Shown one piece after another: positions 36,916 through 48,289 of a stretch of 64,000 nt of DNA. Positions within the stretch are counted from its first letter, which is position 1. Each line of letters opens with the position of its first letter. The stretch spans positions 62,001 to 126,000 of the forward strand of contig NW_024704810.1 of the NCBI RefSeq assembly GCF_018977255.1. Direction: 5' to 3'. This DNA comes from Callorhinchus milii. Taxonomy: Eukaryota. Made by a program: the position numbers and the translations under genes. The notes under the pieces were generated by a model. That model saw nothing but the letters and a program-made list of their open reading frames with translations, was not told the DNA's origin and did not search any database.

Positions 36916-37425
36916 ATAACATAAAATATAAAAGCAGGATTAGGTTATTAGGGCCTTCGAGCCTGCCCCGCCATTCAATCATGGCTGATCTTCTGATCTA
37001 ACTCCAGCTAATAACCTCACCCCGCCTTATCCCCATAAACCTTAACCACTTTTGCAGTAAGAAATCTATCTATCTCAGTCTTGAATGTGTTCAAGGACTG
37101 AGCGTCAACAGCACTTTGGGGTAGTGAGTTCCATACATTCACGACCGTCTGAGTGAAGAAGTTCTTCCTCAACTCAGTGCGGAAGGGTTGGCCTCTGATT
37201 TTAAGGATGTGACCCCTGGTTTTAGTTTCTCCAAACAGGGGAAACAATCTCCCACTATCTGCTCTATCATGCCCTTTGATGATCTTGTTGGATTCTATAA
37301 GATCCCCTCTAATTCTTCTATATTCTAGAGAATAAAGGCCCAAATTGGTCAGCTTAATCTCGTAACTCATCCCCTTCATCCGTGGTAATAACCCAATAAA
37401 TCTACGGTGATCTACGCTTGACATT
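36914..37425 (-). mobile_element. CR1 LINE 3' fragment
   Basis: Peptide LGLYSLEYRRIRGDLIE..TRGHILKI..RKNFFTQTVVNVWNSLP is typical of the CR1 ORF2 C-terminus. Confidence 0.92.
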
Positions 37426-37640
37426 AATCAGCAATGAATGCCCTGAAATACTGCGGCGAAGGACAGAAGGATGTCGAAAGAAAAGATAAAATGTGAGCAA
37501 CATAGAAGAGGAAGTAGGTAATAAGCCAAAGAGTCTAAACTGTGAGCGTAAATGTGTGGCTTCTCGTGCCTATGTACTGTTACATATGAATCCAGGATTC
37601 ATTGCTGCGTGCAATCCTTCCATAGTTTTTCACGGGAATC

Positions 37641-37969
37641 AATAATAATAATAATAATCCTTGCATTTGATATAGCGCTTTTCACGTCGGGAGGACGTCC
37701 CAAAGCGCTTCACAGAACACACTGTAAAGTGAATTGACTGTATATTTGTGTGCGAACGCGGCAGCCAATTGCGCACAGCAATGTCCCACAAACAGTTGTA
37801 GATTGAAAATGATCAATTTAATTATTGTTTTGGTTTTTGGAGGGATTAATATTAGGCTCTGTGTGGAGTAAGGAAACTTGCCCAAGGTTTCGCCCCGCCC
37901 AGACCTGGAATTGAACTCAGGTCTCTCACTTGCAAAGCGAGTGCTCTAACCACTGAGCTACAGGACTCC
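37641..37969 (-). mobile_element. Full-length young SINE
   Basis: Intact head GGAGTCCTGTAGCTCAGTGG, B box GAGTTCAATTCC, core and (ATT)n tail. Confidence 0.93.
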
Positions 37970-38620
37970 ACAATGTAATATGCTGCGACTGTGTATTTGC
38001 AGAGGAACACAAACACGCAGAAATGTGCACACAGTAATGGAGAAGTGTCCAATGTGACACCAGGAAGAATCCACTTCTTCATTCCACAAAATACTCAGAG
38101 CTGGGTTTCCAGCTCAGTTCACAGCTCACAATCGGAGCTTTACTCACGCACTAAAATAGCATTCTGCAGTTTCTGAGAATCAGCTTCACGTTGGCGGTTT
38201 GTGTGGAAGTGTTGCAACAATTCCTGTAAAGGACATCACATGTCTTGTTCGTTCTGCGGAGAGAGAGAGAGAGAGTCTGACTCTCTGATTCCGTCTCTAC
38301 ACATCGTTAAATATACATCTGTAAGTCACAGTTCGTGTTGCTCTCTGAGTGTGTATGTTTCTGTGTGTGGCTATCACAGCTCAGTCTTTCTGTATCGTTG
38401 TGTGTTGCGTGTGTGTCAGACTGTTCCTCAGTGTGTGTCACAACAGCTTTAGATGTAAGTGTTGCAGAGAAGTGAATGTTTGGTGATCACGGAGCAGTGT
38501 GACACTGTCAAAAGCTTCTCCTGAGAATTACTCCGTGTGACTTAGGTCTGCAGAGATCCCTTCCCATCGGACAAAAACTCCAGGTTCTGTACTTAGCTCG
38601 AGCGCCTCCACATTCACGAA

Positions 38621-38644
38621 ATGGAATCATGTTTTTTATTTTCG
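38621..38644 (+). CDS. Candidate SRCR gene leader exon 1, copy 1
   Basis: ATG..TTTTCG|gtgagt. One T shorter than copy 2, so only the ATG at 38629 gives phase 1 (MFFIF). Confidence 0.35.
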
Positions 38645-38693
38645 GTGAGTACCGTTTCTATCCAAGAATATTTGTGGGAATGTACCGTTAAGT

Positions 38694-38972
38694 GGGGTTC
38701 TGTAGCTCTGCGGTTAGAGCAATAGCCTTGCAAGCGAACACATTGGTCCTTCCAGGCAGGGCGATACCTTGGGCAAATTCTACACTATACGCCTCATAAT
38801 AATCTCTCCTTAACAAAAGAATACTGCAGTGCTCATTTTCAATCACCGACTGTCTGCAGGACACTGTTATGTACAATTGCCAACCGCCCTTCGCCTACAA
38901 ATATACGGTGAATTCACGTTAGACATGTCGAGAAGACGCGAAAAGCGCTATCTCAAATGCAAGGATTATTAT
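38694..38972 (+). mobile_element. Diverged SINE (paralogue at 56148-56427)
   Basis: Head gggttctgtagctctgcggttagagc and tail aaaagcgctatctcaaatgcaaggattatt. Confidence 0.8.
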
Positions 38973-39039
38973 GTATTTTTATAATCCATTCAGATAGTCG
39001 TGTCATCGAGACAGATGGAAAGGAGAGAAGAGTGGGAGG

Positions 39040-39640
39040 CGTCTTTTTTGATCCCCAACTATCCTTTGTATCCCAAACCCGTGCCATAACCCGCTCTGCC
39101 CCCATTTCCCCAACATTAACCAATTCCGCCACTGTCTCACACCGCAGGCTGCCGGAACGCGCATACATGCCTTTATAACATGCTTTTATAAGATCCAGGC
39201 TTCTGTACGCATACCCATTGCTTGTCCGCCTGCCCAAGTACGCCCTCTATCGGCTGCAGATCACCCAGAATCTGCAGCTAGTGTCATCTCCTCTACCAGT
39301 CTCTGTGACCGTATCATTCCAATCCTTGGATACAGTTCAAGATCCTGTTACTCACCTTGAATGCCCTCCATCTACTCACTCACCCCTACATCTGCGAACT
39401 CCTACCGCCTTACCAATCTGCCCGCTCCCTCAGCTCAGCGGCCTCCAGACTCATTCATGTCTCCCACCTCACAGCCCCACCATTGACGGGCGAGCGTTTA
39501 CCACTCTCTAACCACCCACTGGGACTAAATTCTGCAGTCCCCTTACCTCACCGTTTCCTTGCTTCCTTCAACATAAATCTGAGCACTCTTCCATCTGACC
39601 ATGCGTTCGATCACCTTAGTTGCCTTTGTCCACCAGGCTC
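39040..39640 (+). mobile_element. Old L2 3' fragment (paralogue ~56490-57090)
   Basis: Peptide remnant GVFFDPQLSFVSQTRAITRSA resembles the L2 ORF2 C-terminal region, as in the L2 at 18.6-20.8 kb. Confidence 0.7.
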
Positions 39641-40485
39641 CTTAATTTTTTTGTTGGCATAGGATAGGCGGGAGGGGAGAGCGCAAAAGTGGAGAAAGGA
39701 GAAAGGGTACAGTGAGGAGAGAAAGTCCTTTCTACGCTTTCCCTCATTAACGTGTATGTATTGCTGTATAAATGCAAGATGTCAAAATGTAAGTTGTTAC
39801 TGTTGGGTAACGGGACAGGAGGTACCAGGAAAAACAACAGCAGTAAGCGCACTTCATAGAGAAAGGGAGACACAATCTGCTCTGTCTCTTAAACATAATT
39901 TTTCAGGTTATGAGTGGTCAGCAAATGGCTTCTTCCCCAAGCCTCGAAAGAGAAACAGAAACACAAACGGCCCTGCTCAGAAAATAAAATTCAGAAGTCA
40001 CTTGGAACACTCTGCATGTTAGGCAACGTCTAAGGAGAAAAGAAAGACAGTCAACGTTACGTTTGTTCGAAACTTCGTACGATCTGCTTCCTCAACTGCT
40101 GAATGTGCCCAACGACTTTTGTTTTTGTTGTCTGATATCCAGCATCTGCAGTAATTTGCGTTTTTTTCTTTCGCAGAAAATGCCGTTCAGCCCAACCGTG
40201 TGCTTGTCAGTCTGTGAAAGTTATCTTTGTTCAGTCCTATTGTGCGCTCTCCCCATTGTGTCTGTGATGCTGTTCGCTCCCCAACTGGAGCGCTCTACAA
40301 TAATCCCAATCCCTGTCCGCTTTTTCCCGATTGTATTTGTGCTGGTGTTCGCTCCCCCACTCATGATCTTTTTGACGGCGAACTTGAGTGGCTGCCTGTA
40401 GTCAAGGAACGATTATGTGCCGGCAGATCTTTGGGTGAATTATTTTATTAATAATTCCTGCCTTTATCTTTCTTTCCTTGTACAG

Positions 40486-40521
40486 TAATACTTCTGGAGA
40501 GAAAGTCTGTGGAATCTGCAG
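40486..40521 (+). CDS. Candidate 36-nt leader exon 2, copy 1
   Basis: Long polypyrimidine tract + tacag acceptor, gttggt donor, phase 1-1; encodes (V)ILLERKSVESA. Confidence 0.4.
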
Positions 40522-41492
40522 GTTGGTGACAATCTAACAACCAAATGTTTCTATGGGAATATTATCACTGTTCCTAGACCCTGTGCCTTGCCCATTCCTT
40601 CTCCATGTTCAGTTAGCTTTTGAGCACCTTCCAATCGACCAAGCTTCATTCTGAAGTATGGTGTTCAGTACAGAGGGAGCGATTCTGCTCTGAGCGATCT
40701 GCACTAATTTATACTGTAACAAAGCAGTAAACCATGGCCGTATTTTGGGTGGAATCTCCTATCGTATATAAAGTAGAAGAATAAATATATAATACAACGT
40801 TTAATAATGCAATACGAATTGTAGTAATCTAATATAAACATGATAATAATAATAATATTTCTTGGTTTGTTTTAGAGCCTTATCGGGTCCCAAAATGCTT
40901 CACAGAATATACTGCAATATGAAACAGCTGCTTGCTTTGCTGGAGATATAGGATTGAGTGACCAAATTACTTTTTTTTAAGGGATTATTATCCCCAGAAA
41001 AGAAACGCCAATTGACTGCTGGGTTCCCACTGACTGCTAGATAAAGAGAAATATGTGGATAGAGGAAACGTGCGTAAAATTGTGCACTGAAGTAAATCTA
41101 AATATAAAGTTTAATAATCTAACAAGAATGTAGTATTCTAATATCAACTAGAATAGTTTAATATAAAGTATAACAGTCCAGTATGATGTAAAATAATCCA
41201 ATATCAGTATAATAATGTAGAGCATAATAAGATAACGTATAATATCACGATCCTTTATTTGCAAACGTAGCTGCAACAGGTAACCTGTTACCCTTCTGGT
41301 GACACCTGGGTTGTGTACAGCCAGCAAACATTGCAACCAATACAATGATTATTATTGACGTTGTATTTTTTTAACGCCAAACATCCTCCCAATGTGACAG
41401 ATTTTGTGTACATGGACATATATTGTATTATCCTGAGTGACTGGAAGTCAAAGACGAAACGGACTCTCAATGTTGCGTATGGTGTTTTACAG

Positions 41493-41815
41493 GAGTGTGA
41501 GGCTGGTGAATGGCGGCAGCCGATGTGCCGGGAGAGTGGAGGTTTACCGCGAAGGACAATGGGGCACAGTGTATGGCTATGGCTCTGGTGACTCTGGTTG
41601 GGATATGCTGGACGCGGCTGTGGTGTGTAAGGAGTTGGGCTGTGGAGACGCGCTGTCAGCCTCAGGAGACGCTCACTTTGGGATGGGCTCTGGTCCCATT
41701 ATAACGTATAATGTTCGGTGCAGAGGGAGTGAGTATGCTCTAAGGTATTGTTCCTCAGGGACCTGGCGTCACTATTATTGGTCACACTCCTCTGATGCCG
41801 GCGTCATCTGCTCAG
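41493..41815 (+). CDS. SRCR domain exon 1 (323 nt; 1 nt short, frameshifted as assembled)
   Basis: VRLVNGGSRCAGRVEVY..WGTV..DAAVVCKELGCG..HFG.GSGPI..VRCRGSE..C..SHSSDAGVICS, with AG and GT boundaries. Confidence 0.9.
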
Positions 41816-42059
41816 GTAATTAATTCATTTTCTGATGATTTTTCATTGTCTCATTAGGAATTAGAATTAGGGAAATTTTGATAAAAGTTTGTAACCCACA
41901 ATATGTCAGTGTATTATTATTAAATCTGGTGTGGAGGGTATTGGGAAGCAGTGGATTCACGGTCATTGCCCTAGGGACATAAATGCGGGTCGCTCACTTA
42001 TGTTGTCTGCGTCACTGCTAGTTAAGCAAATCTGTCGATCATCATCAAGTCGTTTTCCG

Positions 42060-43200
42060 AGTGGGTCGTTTGGTGGGTTGAGCACAGGCGGCTGAGCACA
42101 GGGGACGACCACAAGAGGCAGAGTATACGGGGCGGGTGCAGGGTGGGTGAGCACAGGGACTAAATAGCTGGAGGTGAAGCATAGGAGTTGAGCATATTTG
42201 GGGTCAGCACTGGAGCATGAGCGCTCGGAGTTAGGTGAGAAGAGTTGGGACTTGGTTAGCACAAAGGGGGCAACACGGCGCTTGAAGACAATGGGGTGAG
42301 CACAGTAGGAGTGAGCATAGAGGAGGGATTAGCATACGGTGGATGAGCGTTGGGCCGGTGGTGAGCACGGGGATGTAATGAGCACGGTAGAGGTAAGCAC
42401 CGGGGATTTGAGAAAAGGAAGTGGTTGAACACAGGGTGGCTAAGCTCATCGGACAGCTCAGGGGCGGATCACAAGTGGTGAGCAGATGGTGTGAGCGCTT
42501 GCGGGGATGAGCACAAGGGGGAGTACGGAGGGTTGAGTGGAGTATGAGTGAGCCCAAGGGGCTGAGCACATGAAGGATAAAACATGCGTTGAGACCAGGT
42601 GTGCCGAGCAAAGGTGTTTCAGCACACGGGATGAGAATGAGCACAGAGGAAGTCTGCTGAGCACATGGGATTTGTGCTTAGCACGTGGGGACAACAGGGG
42701 GTTGAGGACGGTGATGTGAGAACCGTGAGCTGAGCAGTGGAGGGGATGAGCACAGGGAAGGTGGTGATCACGGTGGTTTGGTTTAACACGGGGTAAGATG
42801 GACGCGTTTCTGGGGATAGCATTGTAACCAGAGGTGTTGAGAACCAATATTTTGAGCTCACGGACTGAGCACATCGGGGAGCACATGGGTTTCAGGATGG
42901 GGGAGCAGAGGGAGTGAGCACAGGAGATGTGCAAAGTGCTTGACTACAGGAGGTGAGCACAAGTTGGGGATGATAATAGGAGGGAAGAGCACAGTGGTTC
43001 ACGAGTAAAATTTTGGGTGGAGCACGGGGGATGTACGTATATATGGGGAGCACGTGGGGTTTGTGCATACGCGGGGAGTATGGGGTAAGTATTGGTGGGA
43101 GCACAGAGGTGTGAGCCGATGGGTGTGTAAACAGGTTGGGTGAGCAAAGGGTTGTTGTACACAGGATGATTAAGGACACAAGGGGTTTGAGCAAAAGGGC
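42060..43200 (+). repeat. G-rich TGAGCACA(G)n degenerate array after SRCR exon 1
   Basis: GAGCA(C/T) recurs roughly every 15-30 nt, with G runs between. Confidence 0.85.
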
Positions 43201-44773
43201 GTGGAGGGCTTTTGCCTTGGAGGAGGCAGTGCACGTTGGGGAGGCTGTACCTTGGTTGGCAGCTGTGCTCTGGGGCAGCATCTGTTCCGGGGATGACTGT
43301 GTCGGTGTGGGATTCTGGCAGGGAGTATTGTGCCCTGGGGATGGTCTGTGACTGGTAGTGGGCTGTAACTTTGGAGTTCGGCTGTCTATCCATCGCACTG
43401 TGTCGGGTTGGGTGCTCTGTGGAGGGACTGTCTTCTGAGGTATCTCTGTACACTGGGTGGGTGGCTGTTCCTGTGGGGGCTGGACCATTGTCGGACTTGT
43501 GACCAGGATTAGGCATGAACCTGTTGTGGGGTCTATACAGTGGGGAGGGTCAGAGGGCCCTGGTTGTTTTGTCTGTGAGGGCTCTACCGGGGGGCAGGTG
43601 TGGGGTTTCTGCAGGAGTTGAAGCTCGTTGCACCTAGTGGGGAAGCGGTGCCCTCGTTGGTAGGGCGAGGGAAAGAGCGCTGTGCCGGAGGAGGGCACCG
43701 AAGTGCCTGAGAAGCAGCTATCGGATATGGGAGTAGTTGCTGTTACCTGGGAGGGTTTTTATCAGAGAGAGCGGTCTTTGTCTGGATTTTTCTTTAGCTG
43801 GGGTGGGGATTCCTTGTGTGGGGTCTGTGTACCCTGGGGGTTTGGTTATTCCCTGTGCACGATTGCTGTACCAGAGGGGAGATCTTCTGTTTTGTATTGT
43901 AACGACTGCGCACGGGCGATGGGGTCTGTGCCTTGGGGTGTAGCTGTGCTCTGGTGCTGTGGATGGTGTCTGTGTCCTCGGGGGGAGGTGCTTTATCGGA
44001 GTTGGGGTTGTGCTATTGTCTCTGCCTGGGTTCGTTCGTGTTGTGTGTGATGGTATATTATATACGTCCGGTCCTCCCCCACACGCCCATACACACATAC
44101 ACATACATTCAAGCAAGAAAAGGCGATATATTAATGCAATCATAAAACAACAATATCTGCATCTGTGCATCTGCCAAAGCGCAATAAACAATGTTGTAGA
44201 ACGATTTTTACATCGTCGTGAATCTCTTATTTGTTTCAGAGTCGTGGGCAATGCCTATCCTTGATGAGCTACACATAAAAATATTTAATGAAGCCCCAAA
44301 ATATGATGTGTGATATTCCGCAATGAGTTAGCAACAGAGAGAAATTACACACCATTTTGTCAGTAACACATGCGCATTAATGTATTCTGTAGCAAAGCAG
44401 TAAACCACTGACATAATTTTGGAGTACTCTCCTATCTTTATATGAATCATAATAATCTTATTTAAAGTATAATTATATTATATTAAGTATAACAACATAA
44501 AAGCTCTATCCTTTTGTTCCAAACGCAGCTGCAAACGTTAAATCTAGCGGTGGAATAAATTGTTAATATTACTGCTGATACCCGGGTTTTGGACTGCATG
44601 TAGCTAACAGTCATTGAACCCATTATAACGATTATTATTGTTCTTGTATTGTTTACCATCCAGAAAGCTTCCCAAGGTGACAGGAACCTTGTACTGTATT
44701 ATTCTGGATTACGTTCAATACTCTGTGTGATGTCTTAGTGTTTGTGAGGCAGATGTTTTTTTTCTTTTGGCAG

Positions 44774-45106
44774 ATGGTTTGAGGCTGGTGAATGGCGGCA
44801 GCCCGTGTGCCGGGAGAGTGGAGGTTTACCACGATGGACAATGGGGCACAGTGGATGGCTTTGGCTCTGGTGACAGTGGTTGGGATATGGCGGACGCGGC
44901 TGTGGTGTGTAAGGAGTTGGGCTGTGGAGCCGCGCTGTCAGCATCAGGAGACGCTCACTTTGGCGAAGGCTCAGGTCCCGTTGTGACGTACAATGTTCGG
45001 TGCAGAGGGAGTGAGTCAACTCTGATGGGTTGTCAGTCACAGCCCTGGAAGCACTATTCAGTGTACGGGTACTCACACTCCTATGATGCCGGCGTCATCT
45101 GTTCAG
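44774..45106 (+). CDS. SRCR domain exon 2 (333 nt, phase 1-1)
   Basis: ttggcag| GLRLVNGGSPCAGRVEV..DAGVICS |gtaaat. Confidence 0.93.
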
Positions 45107-45309
45107 GTAAATAATTCAGTCTTCGATCATTTTTCTTTTCTCATGTTTTCGGTAAACTACGGACGAAAAACACTGTTAAAGATTGTATCCCACAATATGT
45201 TAGTTTATTATTAAATCTGAGTGGAGAGGTTGCACTCATAGCCCTGCGATCAATTTTCCAATTCCAATGATGCCGGCGTCATTTGCTCAGTTAAATTAGT
45301 GTGTGTCTG

Positions 45310-46170
45310 AGAATAACAACGTGCTCGAGGTGTGTGAGAGTTGTGAGCAATCGATGGCTGGGGAGGTGAGCACAGGAGGAGAGCATTGAGGCTGAGCACA
45401 AGCGAGGGCGTGTAGTGGAAAGGTGTACAGGATGGGTGAGAACAGGTAGGCTGAACACAGTGGATGAAAAATGGGAGGGAGCACAGTTTGTGAGCACAAG
45501 GGGATTGAGCACATGACGGTTAACGCATGGGTTGAGAACAGGTGTATCGAGCAAAGTGGGATTTAGCACACGGGATGAGAATGGGAAAAGAGGAAGTCTG
45601 CTGAGCACAGGGGATTTGAGCTTGAGCACGTGCGGCAACAGCGGAGTTGAGGACGATGATGTGAGCATCGTGAGCTGAGCTGAGGAATGGATGAGCATAG
45701 CGAAGGTGGTGATTACGGTGGTTTCGCTAAACACGGGGGGTAAATGGACGCGGTACTGGCGATTGCACATTGGGAGATTGTGCCCTCAGGTGATGAAAAC
45801 CGAAGTTTTGAGCTCAGGGGACTGAGCACAACGTGGAGCAGATGGGGTTGTCAGGATGGGGGGAGCAGAGGGAGAGACCGCACGTGATGAGCACAGCGCT
45901 TGACAACAGGTGGTTAGCACAAGTAGAGGATGATAACAGGAGTGAAGAGCACAGTGGTTTACGAGCAAAATTTTGGGTAAAGCACATGGGGGACACGGGG
46001 ATGGTACGAATACAGGGGGAGCACCTGGGGTTTGTGCATACGCGGGGAGTATGAAGTAAGTATGGGTGGGAGCACAGAGGTGTGAGCCGATGGGTGTCTA
46101 AACAGGTTGGGTGAGCAAAGGTTTGTTGTACACAGGATGAGTAAGGACTCGAGGGGTTTGAGCAAAAGAC
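45310..46170 (+). repeat. G-rich TGAGCACA array after SRCR exon 2
   Basis: Same motif as 42060-43200. Confidence 0.85.
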
Positions 46171-47763
46171 CGTGGAGAGCTTTTGCCCCGGAGGATGCTG
46201 TGCACGTTGGGGAGGCTCTACCTTGATTGCCAGTTGTGCTTTCGGGCAGCAGCTGTTTCTGTGAGATGGCTGTGTCGGTGTGGGATTGTCGCAGTGTTGC
46301 ATTGTGCCCTGGGGATGGTCTGTGACTGGTAGGAGGCTGTAACTTTGGAGTTCGGCTGTCCATCCATCGCGCTGTGTCGGGTTGGGTGCTCCGTGGAGGG
46401 GCTGTCCTCTGCGGTGTCTCTGTACCCTTGGTGAGTGGCTGTTCCTGTGGGGGCTGTACCATTGTGGGGGCTTGTGACCAGGATTAGCCGATGAAACTTT
46501 GGTGGGGTCTGTAGAGTGGGGAGGGGTCGGTGGGCCCTGGGTTTGTTTTGTTTATGAGGGCTCTACCGGGGGGAGCAGGTGTGGGGTTTCTGCAGGGGTT
46601 CAGGTTCGCTGTACATAGTGGGGAAGCTTTGCCTCGTTTGTAGGGGGAGGGGAAGGGAGCGCTGTACCTTGGAGGGCGCCGCTGTGCCTGAGAAGCAGCT
46701 ATCGGAGGTGAGAGTAGTTGCTGTTACCTGGGAGGGGTTTTTATCAGGGAGAGCGGTCTTTGTCTGGATCTGGCTATACCTGGTGTCGGGCTTCCCTGTG
46801 TGGGGTTTGTGTACCCTGGGGGCTTCGCTATTTCCTGTGGACGGTTGCCGTGCCCGAGGGGATGTCTTCTGTTTTGTATTGTAGCGACTGTGCACTGTCG
46901 AAGGGGTCTGTGCGTTGGGGTGTGGCTGTGCTCTGGCGCTGTAGGTGGTGGAAGTGTCCTCGGGGCGACGTGCTTTGGCCGGAGTTGGAGTTGTGCTCGT
47001 GCCTGTGCCTGGGTTCGTTCGTGTTGTGTGTGGTTGTGCACTATATACGTCCGCGCCTCCCCCACACGCCCATACACACATGCACATACATTCAAACAAG
47101 AAAAAGCGATATATTAATGCAATCATAAAACAACAATATCTGCATCTGGGAATCTGCCAAAGCGCAATAAACAAATGCTGTAGAACGATATTTACCTCTT
47201 CGTGAAGTTCTTGTTTGCTTCAGAGTCGTGGCCAATGCCGATCGTTGATGAGCTACAAATAAATATATTTAATGAAGCTCCAAACTATGATGTGTGGATA
47301 ATATTCAGCAATGAGTTAGCGACAGAGAAAAATCACACAACATTCTTTCAGTAACACATGCGCATTACTGTATTCTGTCGCAAAGCAGTAAACCACTACC
47401 ATAGTTTTGGGGGAATCTCCAATCTTTAGATAAATTATAATAATCTTATATTAAGAATAATAATGTAATATTAAGGATCATAATATAAAAACTATATCCT
47501 TATCTTCCTAATGCAGCTGCAACCGTTATATCTAGCGGTGGAATAAATTGTTAATATTACTGCTAATACGCGGGTATTCGACTGCATGTAGCTAACAGTC
47601 ATTGAAACAATTATAATGATTATTATTGTTGTTGGATTGTTTTACCGTCCAGAAACCCTCCCAAGGTGACATGCTCCTTTTACTGTATTATTCTGGATTC
47701 CGTTCAATAATCTGCTGGATGTCTTACAGTGATTGTGAGGCAGATGTTTTTTTCTTTTCGCAG

Positions 47764-48087
47764 ATCGTTTGAGGCTGGTGAATGGCGGCAGCCCGTGTGC
47801 CGGGAGAGTGGAGGTTTACCACGATGGACAATGGGGCACAGTGTATGGCTCTGGCTTTGGTGACAGTGGTTGGGATATGGCGGACGCGGCTGTGGTGTGT
47901 AAGGAGTTGGGCTGTGGAGCCGCGCTGTCAGCATCAGGAGACGCTCACTTTGGCGAAGGCTCAGATCCCGTTGTGACGTGGGATGTTCGTTGCAGAGGGA
48001 GTGAGTCTACTCTGAGGGATTGTCAGTCACAGCCCTGGGTTGGCTATTCCTGGCCACACACCTATGATGCCGGCGTCATCTGTACAG
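47764..48087 (+). CDS. SRCR domain exon 3 (324 nt, phase 1-1)
   Basis: ttcgcag| RLRLVNGGSPC..DAGVICT |gtaaat. Confidence 0.93.
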
Positions 48088-48289
48088 GTAAATATTTCAG
48101 TCTTCGATCATTTTTCTTTTCTCATGTTTTCGGTAAACTACGGATCGAGGAACACTGTTAAAGATTGTGTCCCACAATATGTTAGTTTTTATGAAATCTG
48201 AGAGGAGAGGTTGCGCTCATAGCCCTCTGATCAATTTTCCGAATCCAATTCCAATGATGCCGGCGTCATTTGCTCAGTTAAATTAATGT

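Noticed and set aside
40063-40401. Hydrophobic 112-aa ORF (and copy 57521-57859) as a possible TM protein or exon
   Set aside because: No family motif, it contains an internal tgttcgctcccc repeat, and no splice phase connects it to the SRCR model. Conservation between copies reflects the recent duplication only.
44520-44680. Candidate 21-nt and 13-nt micro-exons upstream of SRCR exons 2 and 3
   Set aside because: Weak donors (gtggaa, gtgaca), and the 13-nt candidate breaks the frame; cannot be supported without RNA data.
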